Below are positions 38,710 through 51,345 of a stretch of 64,000 nt of DNA, piece after piece. The notes beneath the pieces were generated by a model. The model ran no database searches. It was not told the DNA's origin and worked only from the letters and a program-made list of their open reading frames with translations. Source of the DNA: Octopus sinensis (lineage: Eukaryota); NCBI RefSeq assembly GCF_006345805.1, contig NC_043024.1, positions 13,144,001 to 13,208,000 on the forward strand, in the 5' to 3' direction. The translations under genes were made by a program, and so were the position numbers. Position 1 is the stretch's first letter. Every line of letters begins with the position of its first letter.

Positions 38710-38715
<6 letters not shown>
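38070..38715 (+). mobile_element. Palindromic hammerhead-bearing non-autonomous element between (TA)n tracts
   Basis: 38070-38570 is a 250-bp-arm inverted repeat with a 1-nt axis (38321); the right arm continues about 145 bp to (TA)n; it interrupts the RLE reading frame. Confidence 0.8.
38421..38508 (+). ncRNA. Minimal type I hammerhead ribozyme (mirror copy on minus strand at about 38132-38221)
   Basis: Stem I ttttcttc/gaatgaaa; core CTGAAGA; stem II gaaag.../...ctttc (10 of 11 bp paired in the mirror copy); GAAAC; palindromic ACACGTGT stem III; GUA site at 38500; AATAAA follows. Confidence 0.7.
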
Positions 38716-38741
<26 letters not shown>

Positions 38742-39734
38742 CTTTGAGAATGAAAGAAAAAGAGGACATCTATGAGCAACTGCTTCCAAACCTCTAGTTT
38801 CTATATCCAGACTATGAATTCATATCCATACCAATAATAATTGAAGCACTAGGTTTTGTTAGTAAAAGCTTATAGGGGAATCTGGATAAACTGGGATTTT
38901 CAGAATCAGAAATCGACCGGCTGATTCGTACATTACAAATACAATCTCTGAGTGGATCCATTAAAATATGCAGAACTTTTTCTGAAGTTTCAAATTTGAA
39001 TTTCTCTATGCTAACTGCATCTCAAAGATGGAGCCTTGTCTCTTTGCTGGAGATCGGCTCCCTCCTCAGTGGAAGATTTATAATGATTAAAGAATAGAAG
39101 AGGCATATATAGAACCGCCCTGGATGTTATGTCTTGAATCATTTCGAAGGAGGTGAAGTATGCTTTATGTATGTAACTCTTTTTGATACGTTAATCAACC
39201 GTGTAGAGGTTTTCTCATTGCCTCGTCCGTCAAGCAATTCTACAATGGTTGTCTTGTGTGCCACCATGGGGCGGATATTTTTCCTGCTACCTCACATTCA
39301 AAATCGATTCACTTGTGCAGACAGTCTTGTTACTCTGAAATATATTTTGATTTCGAGAATATTTCAGATCATGGTATCTCCCTTTCATTAAGCGGATGTG
39401 AGTATTTTGGGATTATATTCGCTACTGCTACTTCTAGCTTATGAAGCTACCTTCTTGGGTGTCGGAGATATTAGCAAAAGGTAACATGACATTCTAAATT
39501 TGAATGATTTTAAAATACCATATATCCTTAAAATAAACAGAAAACATGGTGACATAGCCTTAGAAACAATGGACGCCATTTTATATTAGAAGCGCCCATC
39601 TTGACTCGATATACCAAAATGTGTGGTTGTTGGTGATGCTCTCGCTTATCTCCTCGCCAAAGTGAGTAACCGTGCCCCTCATCAAAGATATAATTAATAA
39701 TATTATTTCCGTTTATAAAAACAAAACTTTGAAA

Positions 39735-40060
39735 AGACCCCTTCGATCATGAAGGACTATATAATTGCACCTAGAAAGTATCCCTCCGAGAAATAAGTCC
39801 GACTAAAGTTGTTTATGGAAGTTCAGAAGTCGCCCATGCATACCAGTCTCCCTTCTCCACGCCACTGATCTCAGCCAAGGGAATGGCATAGGGGCCAATA
39901 TAGCTTGGTACCAGTGACGTCGCAACTCGTTTCTACAGCTGAGTGAACTGGAGAAACGTGAAATAAAGTGTCTTGCTCAAGATCACAACACACAGCCGGG
40001 TCTAGGAATCGAACTCACTATCTCAGGATTGTGAGCTCGACACTCTAACCACTTAGCCAT
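39735..40060 (-). mobile_element. Family D SINE, near full length
   Basis: Colinear with 12151-12462. Confidence 0.85.
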
Positions 40061-40649
40061 CAAATACTAATGGAAGACTCGTTCATAAAGTTTGACGGTA
40101 TTTTCCTCCCGTAACCATCCTATCAACCAGAAAGGTAGATTTTCTAAAGTTGGCTCCGTGTATCCCTACATTTATATTCGTTGTTTAGCACAAGTTACCG
40201 TATGCTTACATGCATTTCTGTCGCAAACATTCCTTCTAAATTAGATCTAACATACCTCAAACAGATTTCCTCAAAGTGGGTCAGGTGAAACTTCAGAGTT
40301 CAGGGAAATAAAAATTGGGTGTCTGAAAGGTAAGTTTTTAAAATTGAATTCAGCATGAATTTAATTTATAAATCAAAATGTAATTTACGATTTCGAAAAA
40401 AAATATTACATTTTTTTTTTTTTGTAGGAATAAATTCTCGTCCTAAAATAATTGTTCTTTCATTCAATAATAGCGAATGCTATCATTAAAATATATGTGT
40501 TTCATGATAACATTGCAATAAAATATGCGAACTACTGACCTCAGCGATGCAACCATTATTTAGAAAAAAATTTTCCAAGACAAGTATGTGTAAGATTCGT
40601 GTTTGGATGCTGCTATTTCTAGCTTCTGAAGTAACCGCAGTGGGACTAT

Positions 40650-40673
40650 TTATTTGAGATTATATATTACATG

Positions 40674-40707
<34 letters not shown>

Positions 40708-41328
40708 TGATATATATATATCTATAGGTATATATATATACATATATGTATATATATATACATATATGTATATATATATACATATATGTATATATATATA
40801 CATATATGTATATATATATATGTATATATATATACATATGTATATATACATATATGTATATATATATATATGTATATATATAACATATATGTATATATAT
40901 ACATATTAGATATATATAATATATATGTATATATATATATATATGTAATATATATACATATGTATATATACATATATATAATACATATATGTATATATAT
41001 ATACTATATGTATATATATATTACATATATGTATATATATAGACAGATGTATATATATATACATATGTATATATATATACATATGTATATATATATACAA
41101 TATATGTATATATATATATATATGTATATATATATACATATATGTATATATATGATATATGTATATATACATATATGTATATATATATACATATATGTAT
41201 ATATATATATATACATATATGTATATTATATATATATATGTATATATATATACATATATGTATATAAATATATATGTATATATATACATATATGTATATA
41301 AATATAATATATATATACATATATGTAT

Positions 41329-41370
<42 letters not shown>

Positions 41371-41464
41371 TGCTATATATATATATATATACATATATGT
41401 ATATATATTATATATACATATATATATACATATATGTATATATACATATATATATACATATATG

Positions 41465-41496
<32 letters not shown>

Positions 41497-41520
41497 TATA
41501 TTATATATATGCATATATAT
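40650..41520. repeat. AT-rich self-complementary minisatellite
   Basis: Repeats of atatatatacatatatgtat-type units. Confidence 0.92.
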
Positions 41521-42094
41521 TGTTTCAGCAGTCTGTGTATTTTGTGAAATGATACTTCGAAGGATTCGCAAAGCATTGTCATGTATTGGTTCAAAGAAAG
41601 ATGGAATGGTTGATTGTTGTGAAGCATCCACTGATATCGTTTGATAAAACCGCCATATAAATTCATCTTTGATGTCATCGGAGCCAACGTTAAACAGCTT
41701 GAAATGTTAATGTTACAACACAAATAGCTTTCCAAACTTACAACACACCACATCGCATCACTTCCTTTCTTCCAGACTCTCTTTCTCCATCCTTTCTATC
41801 TCTCTTTGGTTCTTTCTTTTTCTCTCTACTTCTGTCACTCTTTCAATCTTCTTTTCCTTTCCTTCAACTACCAAAACCCACCCACCCACCCACCCAGCCT
41901 CAGTCACATACACTCACACACACATATACATACACATATAAACACATACACATATAAGACAAACCAACTTTACACACATCAAAAATCTTCCTTTCTCTCC
42001 CATCGCTTTTTCTCATCACAAATAAAACACATGAATATATGCATGTTCTTACAGTCATTTAGCCCCACACTCACGCACATGCACGTTTACATAC

Positions 42095-42106
42095 TCACAT
42101 ACATAC

Positions 42107-42169
<63 letters not shown>

Positions 42170-42277
42170 CATATATAACAGTGTATGTGCGCGTACACAT
42201 ATGTACACTTATATATTAACTCATATATATATACATATATATACATATATATATACATGTATATATACATATATATA

Positions 42278-42310
<33 letters not shown>

Positions 42311-44210
42311 ATATATACATATACATATATACATATATATACACATATACATATATATACATGTATATATACATATACATATATACATGTATATATACAT
42401 ATACATATATACATATACATATATACATATATATACACATATACATATATATACATGTATATATACATATACATATATACATGTATATATACATATACAT
42501 ATATACATGTATATATACATATATATACATATACATATATACATACATATACATATATACATATATATACATGTATATATACATATATATATACATATAC
42601 ATATATACATATATATACATGTATATATACATTATATATACATGTATATATACATATATATACATGTATATATACATATATATACATGTATATATACATA
42701 TATACATATATATATACATATATATATACATATATACATATACATATATACATATATATACATGTATATATACATATATATATACATATACATATATACA
42801 TATATATACATGTATATATACATATACATATATACACATGTATATATACATATATATACATATACATATATACATATATATACATGTATATACATATACA
42901 TATATACATATATATACATGTATATACATATACATATATACATATATATACATGTATATACATATACATATATACATATATATACATGTATATACATATA
43001 CATATATACATATATACATGTATATACATATACATATATACATATATATACATGTATATACATATACATATACATATATATACATGTATATATACATATA
43101 TATAACATATACACATATATATATATACATATACATATATACATATATATATATACATATACATATTACTTATATATATATATACATATATATAACTATA
43201 CATATATACATATATATATAATATACATATATACCTATATATATACATATACATATATACATATATATACATATATATATACATATACATATACATATAT
43301 ACATATATATATACATATATATACATACATATACATACATATACATGCATATATATATACATACATATACATATATATACATACATATATATACATTCAT
43401 ATATATACATATATATACAATCATATATATACATTCATATATATACAATCATATATAATCATATATATACATTCATATATATACAATCATATATATACAT
43501 ATATATACATTCATATATATATATACACATATACATATATATACATATATACATATACACATATACATATATATATACATATATATATATACATATACAC
43601 ATATACATATATATACATATATATATATACATATACACATATACATATATATATACATATATATATTCATACATATATATACATATATATATATTCATAC
43701 ATATATATACATATATATATATTCATACATATATATACATATATATATATACATACATATATACATACATATATATATACATATATATATACATATATAT
43801 ATACATATATATATACATATACATATATATATACATATATATACACATATATATACATACTCTTATATAATACATAATATATATACACACATATATATAT
43901 ACACATATATATATACACACACATATATATATACATATATATATACATATATATATACATATATTATACATATATATATACATATATATATACATATATA
44001 TATACATACATGCATATATATATACATACATGCATATATATATACATACATATATATATATACATACAATATATATATATATACACATATATATATGCAT
44101 ATATATATATGCATATATATATATATGCATATATATATATATATATATATGTATATGTATATATACACATATATATATATATATATGTATGTATCTATGT
44201 GTTTGTTTGT
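42095..44210. repeat. About 2.1-kb (AT/AC)-derived satellite
   Basis: atatac / atatatac / atacatgtat units, almost strictly alternating purine-pyrimidine. Confidence 0.95.
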
Positions 44211-44352
44211 ATGCGTGTGTCATACTTGTGCAGGGTGTTATAAATGAGACATGTTGCTATGGCTTAGACCTAGGCATTCCTTTATAACTTAAATATTTCT
44301 ATAAAGCTCCAACCCTGAAGACAGATCGAAATATCTTGTGGTACTTCACCGT

Positions 44353-44390
<38 letters not shown>

Positions 44391-44410
44391 ATAGCATGGC
44401 ACAGTAAAGT

Positions 44411-44593
44411 TATTTCTATACTACCCACAAGGGGTTAAATACAGAGGGGACAAACAAGGACAGTCACACGTATTAAGTCGAAAAGATGAGAGGCAAAGTC
44501 GACCTCGGCGGAATTTGAACTCAGAACGTAACGGCAGACGAAATACGGCTACGCGGCTCGCCCGGCGTGCTAACGTTTCTGCCAGCTCGCCGC
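44411..44593 (-). mobile_element. Family C (C1 tail) SINE monomer with internal deletion
   Basis: Ends at ...ccttgtgggtagtatagaaata, the same point as the 184-bp unit boundary. Confidence 0.85.
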
Positions 44594-44896
44594 ATTAGCG
44601 TGGAACACCAAAGCGTGAACGCAACAAAATATGGCGCTCAGAGTATGGTTCCATACTCCATACCGTTATCTACTGTAGAAGGACGCGTGGCATCAAACTT
44701 GGGAGAAGTTAATGTGTGGAATATGTCAGCGAGTAAAATGCGAAGAGGCTTAGCCATGACTTGTATTGGTGAAGCCATTTCGTCACATCGTATTCCAGCA
44801 ACTGCATTCACAGTATTCTCCTCAGCTGCTAAGTAGGCTACCCAGATATCGAAACCTAACCGGGGCCCACCTGCACATTGCAGAGTATATTATTAT

Positions 44897-45077
44897 AGGC
44901 GCAGGAGTGGCTCAGTCTCACTGCGTCGCACCTTGGGCAAGTGTCTTGCACTATAGCCTCGGGCCGACCAATGCCTTGTGAGTGGATTTGGTAGACGGAA
45001 ACTGAAAGAAGCCCGTCATATATATGTATATGTATATATATATGTGTGTGTGTGTGTTTGTCCCTCCAACATCGCTT
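44897..45077 (+). mobile_element. Family A SINE 5' half
   Basis: aggcgcaggagtggct...cgggccgaccaatgccttgtgagtggatttggtagacgg; truncated where a B copy begins. Confidence 0.85.
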
Positions 45078-45399
45078 GCTCGTGATATTAAGGTGCAAGT
45101 GGCTGAGCACTCCACAGACACGTGTACCCTTAACGTATTTCTCGAGGAGATTCAGCGCGACACGGAGTGTGACAAGGCTGGCCCTTTGAAATACAAGTAC
45201 AAGAGAAACAGGAAGAAAGAGCGAGAGAAAGTTGTGGTGAAAGAGTAAAGCACGGTTCACCACCACCCCCTGCCGGAGCCTCGTGGAGCTTTAGGTGTTT
45301 TCGCTCAATAAACACTCACAATGCCCGATCTGGGAATCGAAACCGCGATCCTCCGACCGCGAGTCCGCTGCCCTCACCACTGGGCCATTGCGCCTCCAC
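45078..45399 (-). mobile_element. Family B1 SINE (3'-truncated)
   Basis: Colinear with 32449-32834. Confidence 0.88.
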
Positions 45400-46013
45400 A
45401 ACCATCTACCCTACGGCATTAATGTCCTCCCTGTTTCTCCTGCTTCGTAGTAGGAAAGTGAAGGTTAAACGTTTTCGTTCCAGATTTTATTTCACTTGGA
45501 AATTTAATTCTAATTCTTCAACCGTTTCAGCTAAAAGAAAAACATCTTCAGAATAAATGAAACACCATGAGATACCAGTTTTAAATTTCTTCGTTATGCT
45601 CTAGTGGACTATGATGAAAAAAAGAGCAGATTCATAACCGAAACCTCATGAACACATAAACACACTAAACTCTTCGCTCTACTCATTGTTAACTCTCACT
45701 TTGCTAGCGGCATCTTGTACAAAGTTGAGCTTAGCCATTTATCTACTCCTGGCTTTTGCAGCGGTCACCAGATAAGGGATCGAGGCTCTGTCAAAGGCTT
45801 TCGGTCGGTCAACGAATATAGCTAAATATAGTGGTTTTCTTTTTGCTAAATATCCCCTTCCCCCCATAATTGCGGAGATATTTTATGTGTACTCATATGG
45901 GTGAGATTATTTCGCCATGTGTGCGGCCTGGATATATGAAACGATGCTTTAGTGGTATGCATTTACACAAACACGCACACACACACCAAAGAGGCGAACG
46001 TAAAATAACCAAC

Positions 46014-46255
46014 ACCGGTCGTCAAGCGATGGTGGGAAACAAACACAGACACACAGTCACACACACGCACTCACATACACATACATCACCCCCACACACA
46101 CACACACATACATATTCATATGTACAACGGGCTATTTTCATTTTCGATCAACCAGATCTACCCAAAAAACATTGATGGGTCAAGGGCTTTAATAGAAAAC
46201 AGTTGATCAAGGTAATAGTTGTCGGGGCTGAACTCGCGAACTAAAGCTCTACCTA

Positions 46256-46297
<42 letters not shown>

Positions 46298-46565
46298 GAC
46301 CGGTTGTCAAGTGATGGTGAAAAAACAAACAAATACACACTCACACACGCACTCACATACAAGCATACACCCACCTCACACATAAATACACATATATACA
46401 ACGGTCTATTTCCATTTTCGTTCAGGTCTACCAAATCTACCCACAAACCTTAGATCGGCCCAGGGCTGTAATAGAAAACACTCGATCAAGGTAATAGGCC
46501 TCAGAGCTGAACTCGCGAACAAAAGCCGTACCTACTCACACACACACACACACACACACAACACA
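46014..46565 (-). repeat. Tandem duplication (about 285 bp) of a decayed family A fragment
   Basis: accggt(c/t)gtcaag...tgatcaaggtaatag...gctgaactcgcgaac...tacctactcacacac occurs at 46014 and 46299. Confidence 0.8.
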
Positions 46566-47419
46566 CAGACACTATCTCATTGTCTGTATACGCATTGTTG
46601 CATCTGCGTGCAACAATTCGCAAATCATTGAGCAACGTTGTGTAGTGTAAAGAGTCGTGATAGTTCAAATGTTATATTTATATCCACGATTACGCCTCAC
46701 AACCCCTCCCTTGTTTACAGTTTCTCTCTCCAACCACCCCTCTCTCTCTCTCTCTGTCTCACCTTCCTCTACGATTGTCATTGTTTCTTTACAATTGTCG
46801 TCCACTCCTTGCTGTTACATATTTACAAATCCATTGTCAACAATTTCCGCGTCTCTCTCTTCTTACAATTGTTACTGTCTTTCTTCGCCGCACTGACATT
46901 CCCGTCGGTCTTATCTGTGTTGTGTGGGTTCTCTTTTGTCATCTCGTTTACCTCTCTCCACAGTCTCACACTCGCCAACTCCATTGACCCACATCTCACA
47001 AACACTAAACCTTCAAGTCACTTCTAAACTGATATAAAAATTTGCTCTCGGCTTCCAACTGTCTCTCACCTTTAACTCCGACCACCGATCGTTCACATTG
47101 TACACAACCAATACCATTCTACACCGGAACTCCTTATTCGCCTCCTTCAAATTCCCTTTCGTGACAAATCAATGCAATGTTACTGTCAAGGAGATAATAC
47201 TTAATCATGTCCTCTCCCAGTCTGTCTTTAACTCTGTCTGTCTCTTTCTGCTTAGGCTTATGTCTGGAAAGAAATTCCCCACGCCCTACGAGAAGAAACT
47301 GAATCCAATCACCATCTTTGCAACCAATAGGAAGCTACACAAACACTTAATTAGATATGCACATATACATCACCCTCTCTCTCTCTACACACACACACAC
47401 ACACACGCATATATAAATC

Positions 47420-47472
<53 letters not shown>

Positions 47473-47532
47473 CGTTTAATTGCTGACGGGTAGTAAGGAG
47501 AGACACAAACAAATACGAAAGAAGAAACAAAA

Positions 47533-47577
47533 GGACCACTGATGCGGTCACAGGAGTGTGACGAAAGAACTCTGGCC
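47533..47577 (+). ncRNA. Minimal type I hammerhead-like motif (core A9 to C)
   Basis: Stem I gg(a)cca/tggcc; CTGATGC-G; stem II gtcac/gtgac perfect; GAAA-g-aa-c-UC site at 47572; aataa follows. Confidence 0.55.
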
Positions 47578-48463
47578 GAAATAAGATTAAGATTAATGTA
47601 AAAAATAAATATCACTGAAGCAAAATAACACCAAATATATAGTGCGTGTGTTTTTATTGGCTAAACTGGCAATATCACCATTCCGAAATATAACTATATA
47701 TATATATATATATATATATAGGGGGAAAGTTAGAAAAATAAACGAAAATGCAAATTGTAAATTAAAAAAGTAAAGGCTTTTTATGCAAAGTAACGAAAGA
47801 TATATACAATTAGATGAACTGAGGTAGGAATAAAAGTAACAAAAGTCATTGTTGTGAATTGATAAAAGGATTCAAGAACACCGGTTTCGAAAATTACTAA
47901 TCATTGCTTTGAATGCAACTATTCATTGCTTGGAATGCACACCGATTAATGAATGTGTATAGTTTCTATTTTCTTTTTGTAACATATTTCTATTTTACAT
48001 ATGCTTGTATGCGCGTGTGTTTGTGTGTGCGTATAGATAGATAGAGATATCGACGTCTGAGATCCTGATAGAGAGCGACACTGAACAAGCCGGGTGCTTT
48101 CATACCTTCTTACTATAAGGGAGACATTTTGTCCAGGGTAACTGCAGTGAATTTGCCTTTTAGTATCACAAACATATTTTAACTAACCCAAATTTTGCTT
48201 ATGCCAAAACACTGCCTGGCGCTAACATTCCGTTATATATATATATATTATATATATTATATATATATATATAATATACATGTATATATACATACATATA
48301 TATATACATATACATACATACATACATGTATATATACATACATATATATATAATATACATACATACATATGATATATATACATACATATATATATACATA
48401 CATATATATATATACATACATATATATATATACATACATACATATATATATACATACACACAC

Positions 48464-48495
<32 letters not shown>

Positions 48496-49810
48496 TTGAC
48501 ATATATGTATGTGACAGCATTTAGCAATTGAAGTGATGGCCTACTTCTTTAGAGAAATGTGAATCACCACGTAATCGCCATGTGTTTGTGTCTGTGGGTT
48601 CTTGGAATAATATTGGACGTTCTATAGTCTTTTGTTTGCAGTTGTACTGCCGCGCACAACTCTTTAGAATTTCGGAGTGGAGAACCTTTGTCGGACAAAC
48701 CTTCGTGGTAAATTAGCATATGGCTAAACAAGATAAACCACAAAGAGTATACATTCATACAGAAGAATGAAACACGCACAAGCAGACACACACACACACA
48801 CACACACACAATCACACACTAAAGTGTGTGTGTGTGGTGTGTGTGTGTGTGCAGTCATGCGTGTGTGTCCGTGTAAATCTGTATGTGCTCGTATGTATGT
48901 GGTTGTACTTGTGTCTTTGTTTGTGTACCTATTTGTTCTCGTATGTGTGTTTTTATGTCTGTGTCTGTATGGGTTCGATGTGTGTCTCTGTTTGCTGCTG
49001 TGTGTGTGTTCGTAAGTGTCGAAGTGTGATTCTGTGTGCTCCTATGCATGTGTTAATGTGTGCTCCTCTGAATGATTTTGTGTATGAGCACGTGTGTCTT
49101 TGAGTTCGCATGTGCGCATTTGTGTATCCGTGTGTCCATGTGTTTAGACGAGCAACATGTCGAATGGCCCTGAGGCCGGCCAAGACGCTTGATTCTTTGG
49201 AGAAACCCATGACACAGATGTTTCTAAACAAATCCTTTTGTTACTTACAATAAATATTTTGAAGGACATAACACAAACAGCCTTACCATATCCTGTCGGA
49301 AAAGGAGATCCGAGATTTATTCATACATCCTAGAGAACGAATGTGTTCTGATTTTCACTGTAGCAGACAATGATTTTTTTCGTTATATATTTAGAACAAT
49401 AATGATGGTATTCTTACCTGCAAAGAAAAAAGAAAATGGCAAAACGTTAGATAAGCAACAGATAAGGGATAAAAACGAATATATTTATCAACTTCATACT
49501 TTGGCTAAATTACCCTCTTTCGCGGTCTCTTCGCTTTCTTTTCACTCTCACTCTGTCTGTCTGTCTGTATCTGTGTCTGTTTGTCTGTCTATCTGTCTGC
49601 CTGTATCTCTCTCTCTCTCTTTTTCTTTTTGCATGTCTGTCTTTAAGCACGTTAATCTTGATACACTAATCCCTCGACTATCGCGGGTGTTACGTTCCAA
49701 AACTCCTGCGATAGGTAAAAATCCGCGAAGCAGAAACACTAGTGTACTGTATATATATATATATATATATATGTAACATGTATAATATATATAATGTATG
49801 TATATACATG

Positions 49811-49852
<42 letters not shown>

Positions 49853-50160
49853 GTATATATATATGTGTGTGGTGTATGTATATATATGTATGTATATATA
49901 TGTATATAATATATTGGTAATGAGGATAGTGACTTCGAAGTTTGACCTTCTTAGTCTTCCTGTGATTGTGTTACGATTGCCAAACTAGCCAAAATTTCGA
50001 AATTAGTCTCCACGCTATCGATATTAAACTATAACAAACACGGACTCTACAAAATATATTGAATTCTCCTCTGAGTTTAATGTAAACTTGTTTCTTTTTA
50101 TTTGAACTCTAGACATATGTGTATAAGAATTAATATATTATACATGTACACAAACCTACA

Positions 50161-50244
50161 CACATACACTTACGCTCGCACACATCCACACATACACTTA
50201 CGCTCGCACACATCCACACATACACTTACGCTCGCACACATCCA
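50161..50244. repeat. 28-bp tandem repeat, three copies
   Basis: cacatacacttacgctcgcacacatcca x3. Confidence 0.92.
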
Positions 50245-50777
50245 TACATACACATATATATATGAGAGAAAAAGAAAGAGGAAAGAAGAAACGAGTGAGT
50301 AAGAGAGAGATAGAGCGACAAAGGTAAAACATCTGAGTGCGAGAAGACGAATGAGAAACAGAGACAGAGTGAGTGGGAGAGAGTGAGAGAGAGATACATA
50401 GTTGTATGTGTGCGTTTAGTGAGCACCCAATGTCCCACTTTAGCTGTGAACTGTTGATACTGTATTGTTAACATATGTTTTTTCTATCTGTGATCAGAAC
50501 TCTATACCTCACCGGAATGCACACAGACTGGAGTCTAAAATTCTCACTACACAGCATAGAAATACTTGACACATATACACAAATATGATATATATATATA
50601 TAATGTGTGTATTACTGTCTATATGTTTGTGTGTATGTATACACGTTTAAAAACAGAAGTACTGGGGTCGATACATTCGATAAAATTTCATTAAGACAGC
50701 GCCCCACCATTGCTGCTGTCTAATGACTGGACGAAACGATGTCTATCTATCTATCTATCTATCTATATATATATATA

Positions 50778-50962
50778 AGTAGTTGAATGAATTATCCTAG
50801 TATGGATAATTCGGTTAACCGATACCCGGGTAGCAAATTCACGTCAGAAAACACGGTTGAAGCTACATGCCAATGGCAGAGATCACGTGCTTTCGTGTGG
50901 AAATTTGTGTGTTTTTTTAACTATAAATAAATGAAAGAATGGAGTCGAACGACGATTTAACA
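50778..50962 (-). mobile_element. Second copy of the 31500-31686 dispersed repeat, flanked by (TA)n
   Basis: Reverse complement of 31500-31686 with few differences; lacks the HHR part. Confidence 0.8.
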
Positions 50963-51225
50963 ATATATATATATATATATGCACTCATATATATGAATAA
51001 GTTGGAGTCAGCAACAAAGAGTACCGAGAACATTTATCTGTAATCACTACAATTGTTTCCACGCCACGTAGTTCCCAGGTCCGCAGATATTTGCTTATGT
51101 AACTGCTTCCCTGTATTGTGAAATCTTGTCGTGTTTCATCAGGTGACATATAAATATTGTTTCTGTGCTATGTAAATTTAAATATATATATATATATATA
51201 TTATATTTATATAGGATCCGGACAA

Positions 51226-51345
51226 AACTGAAAGGATGAAAGGCAAAGTCGACGTCGGCGGAAGTTGATCTCAGAACGTAAAGACAGAACAATTACAGCA
51301 AAGTATTTCGCTCGGCGGGCTACCGTTCTGCCATCTCGCCACCTT
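51226..51345 (-). mobile_element. Family C SINE 5' part
   Basis: gaaaggatgaaaggcaaagtcgacgtcggcgg...ttctgccatctcgccacc. Confidence 0.8.

Larger units (their letters stand above)
37875..38990 (+). mobile_element. RLE-clade (R4/NeSL-like) LINE C-terminal relic, split by an insertion
   Basis: WNILFKTCVKYKHNRLDIVVWDRRAKVCTLTKVSCSA (to 38040) resumes at 38741 as SLRMKEKEDIYEQLLPNL*FLYPDYEFISIPIIIEALG...LQIQSLSGSIKICRTF, the PD-(D/E)xK restriction-like endonuclease signature. Confidence 0.75.

Noticed and set aside
42055-43877. Long ORFs (459, 558 and 306 aa) and the many Y/I/H/T/C/V/M-rich ORFs across the track
   Set aside because: They are translations of (AT/AC/GT)n repeats; alternating purine-pyrimidine DNA cannot contain TAA, TAG or TGA.
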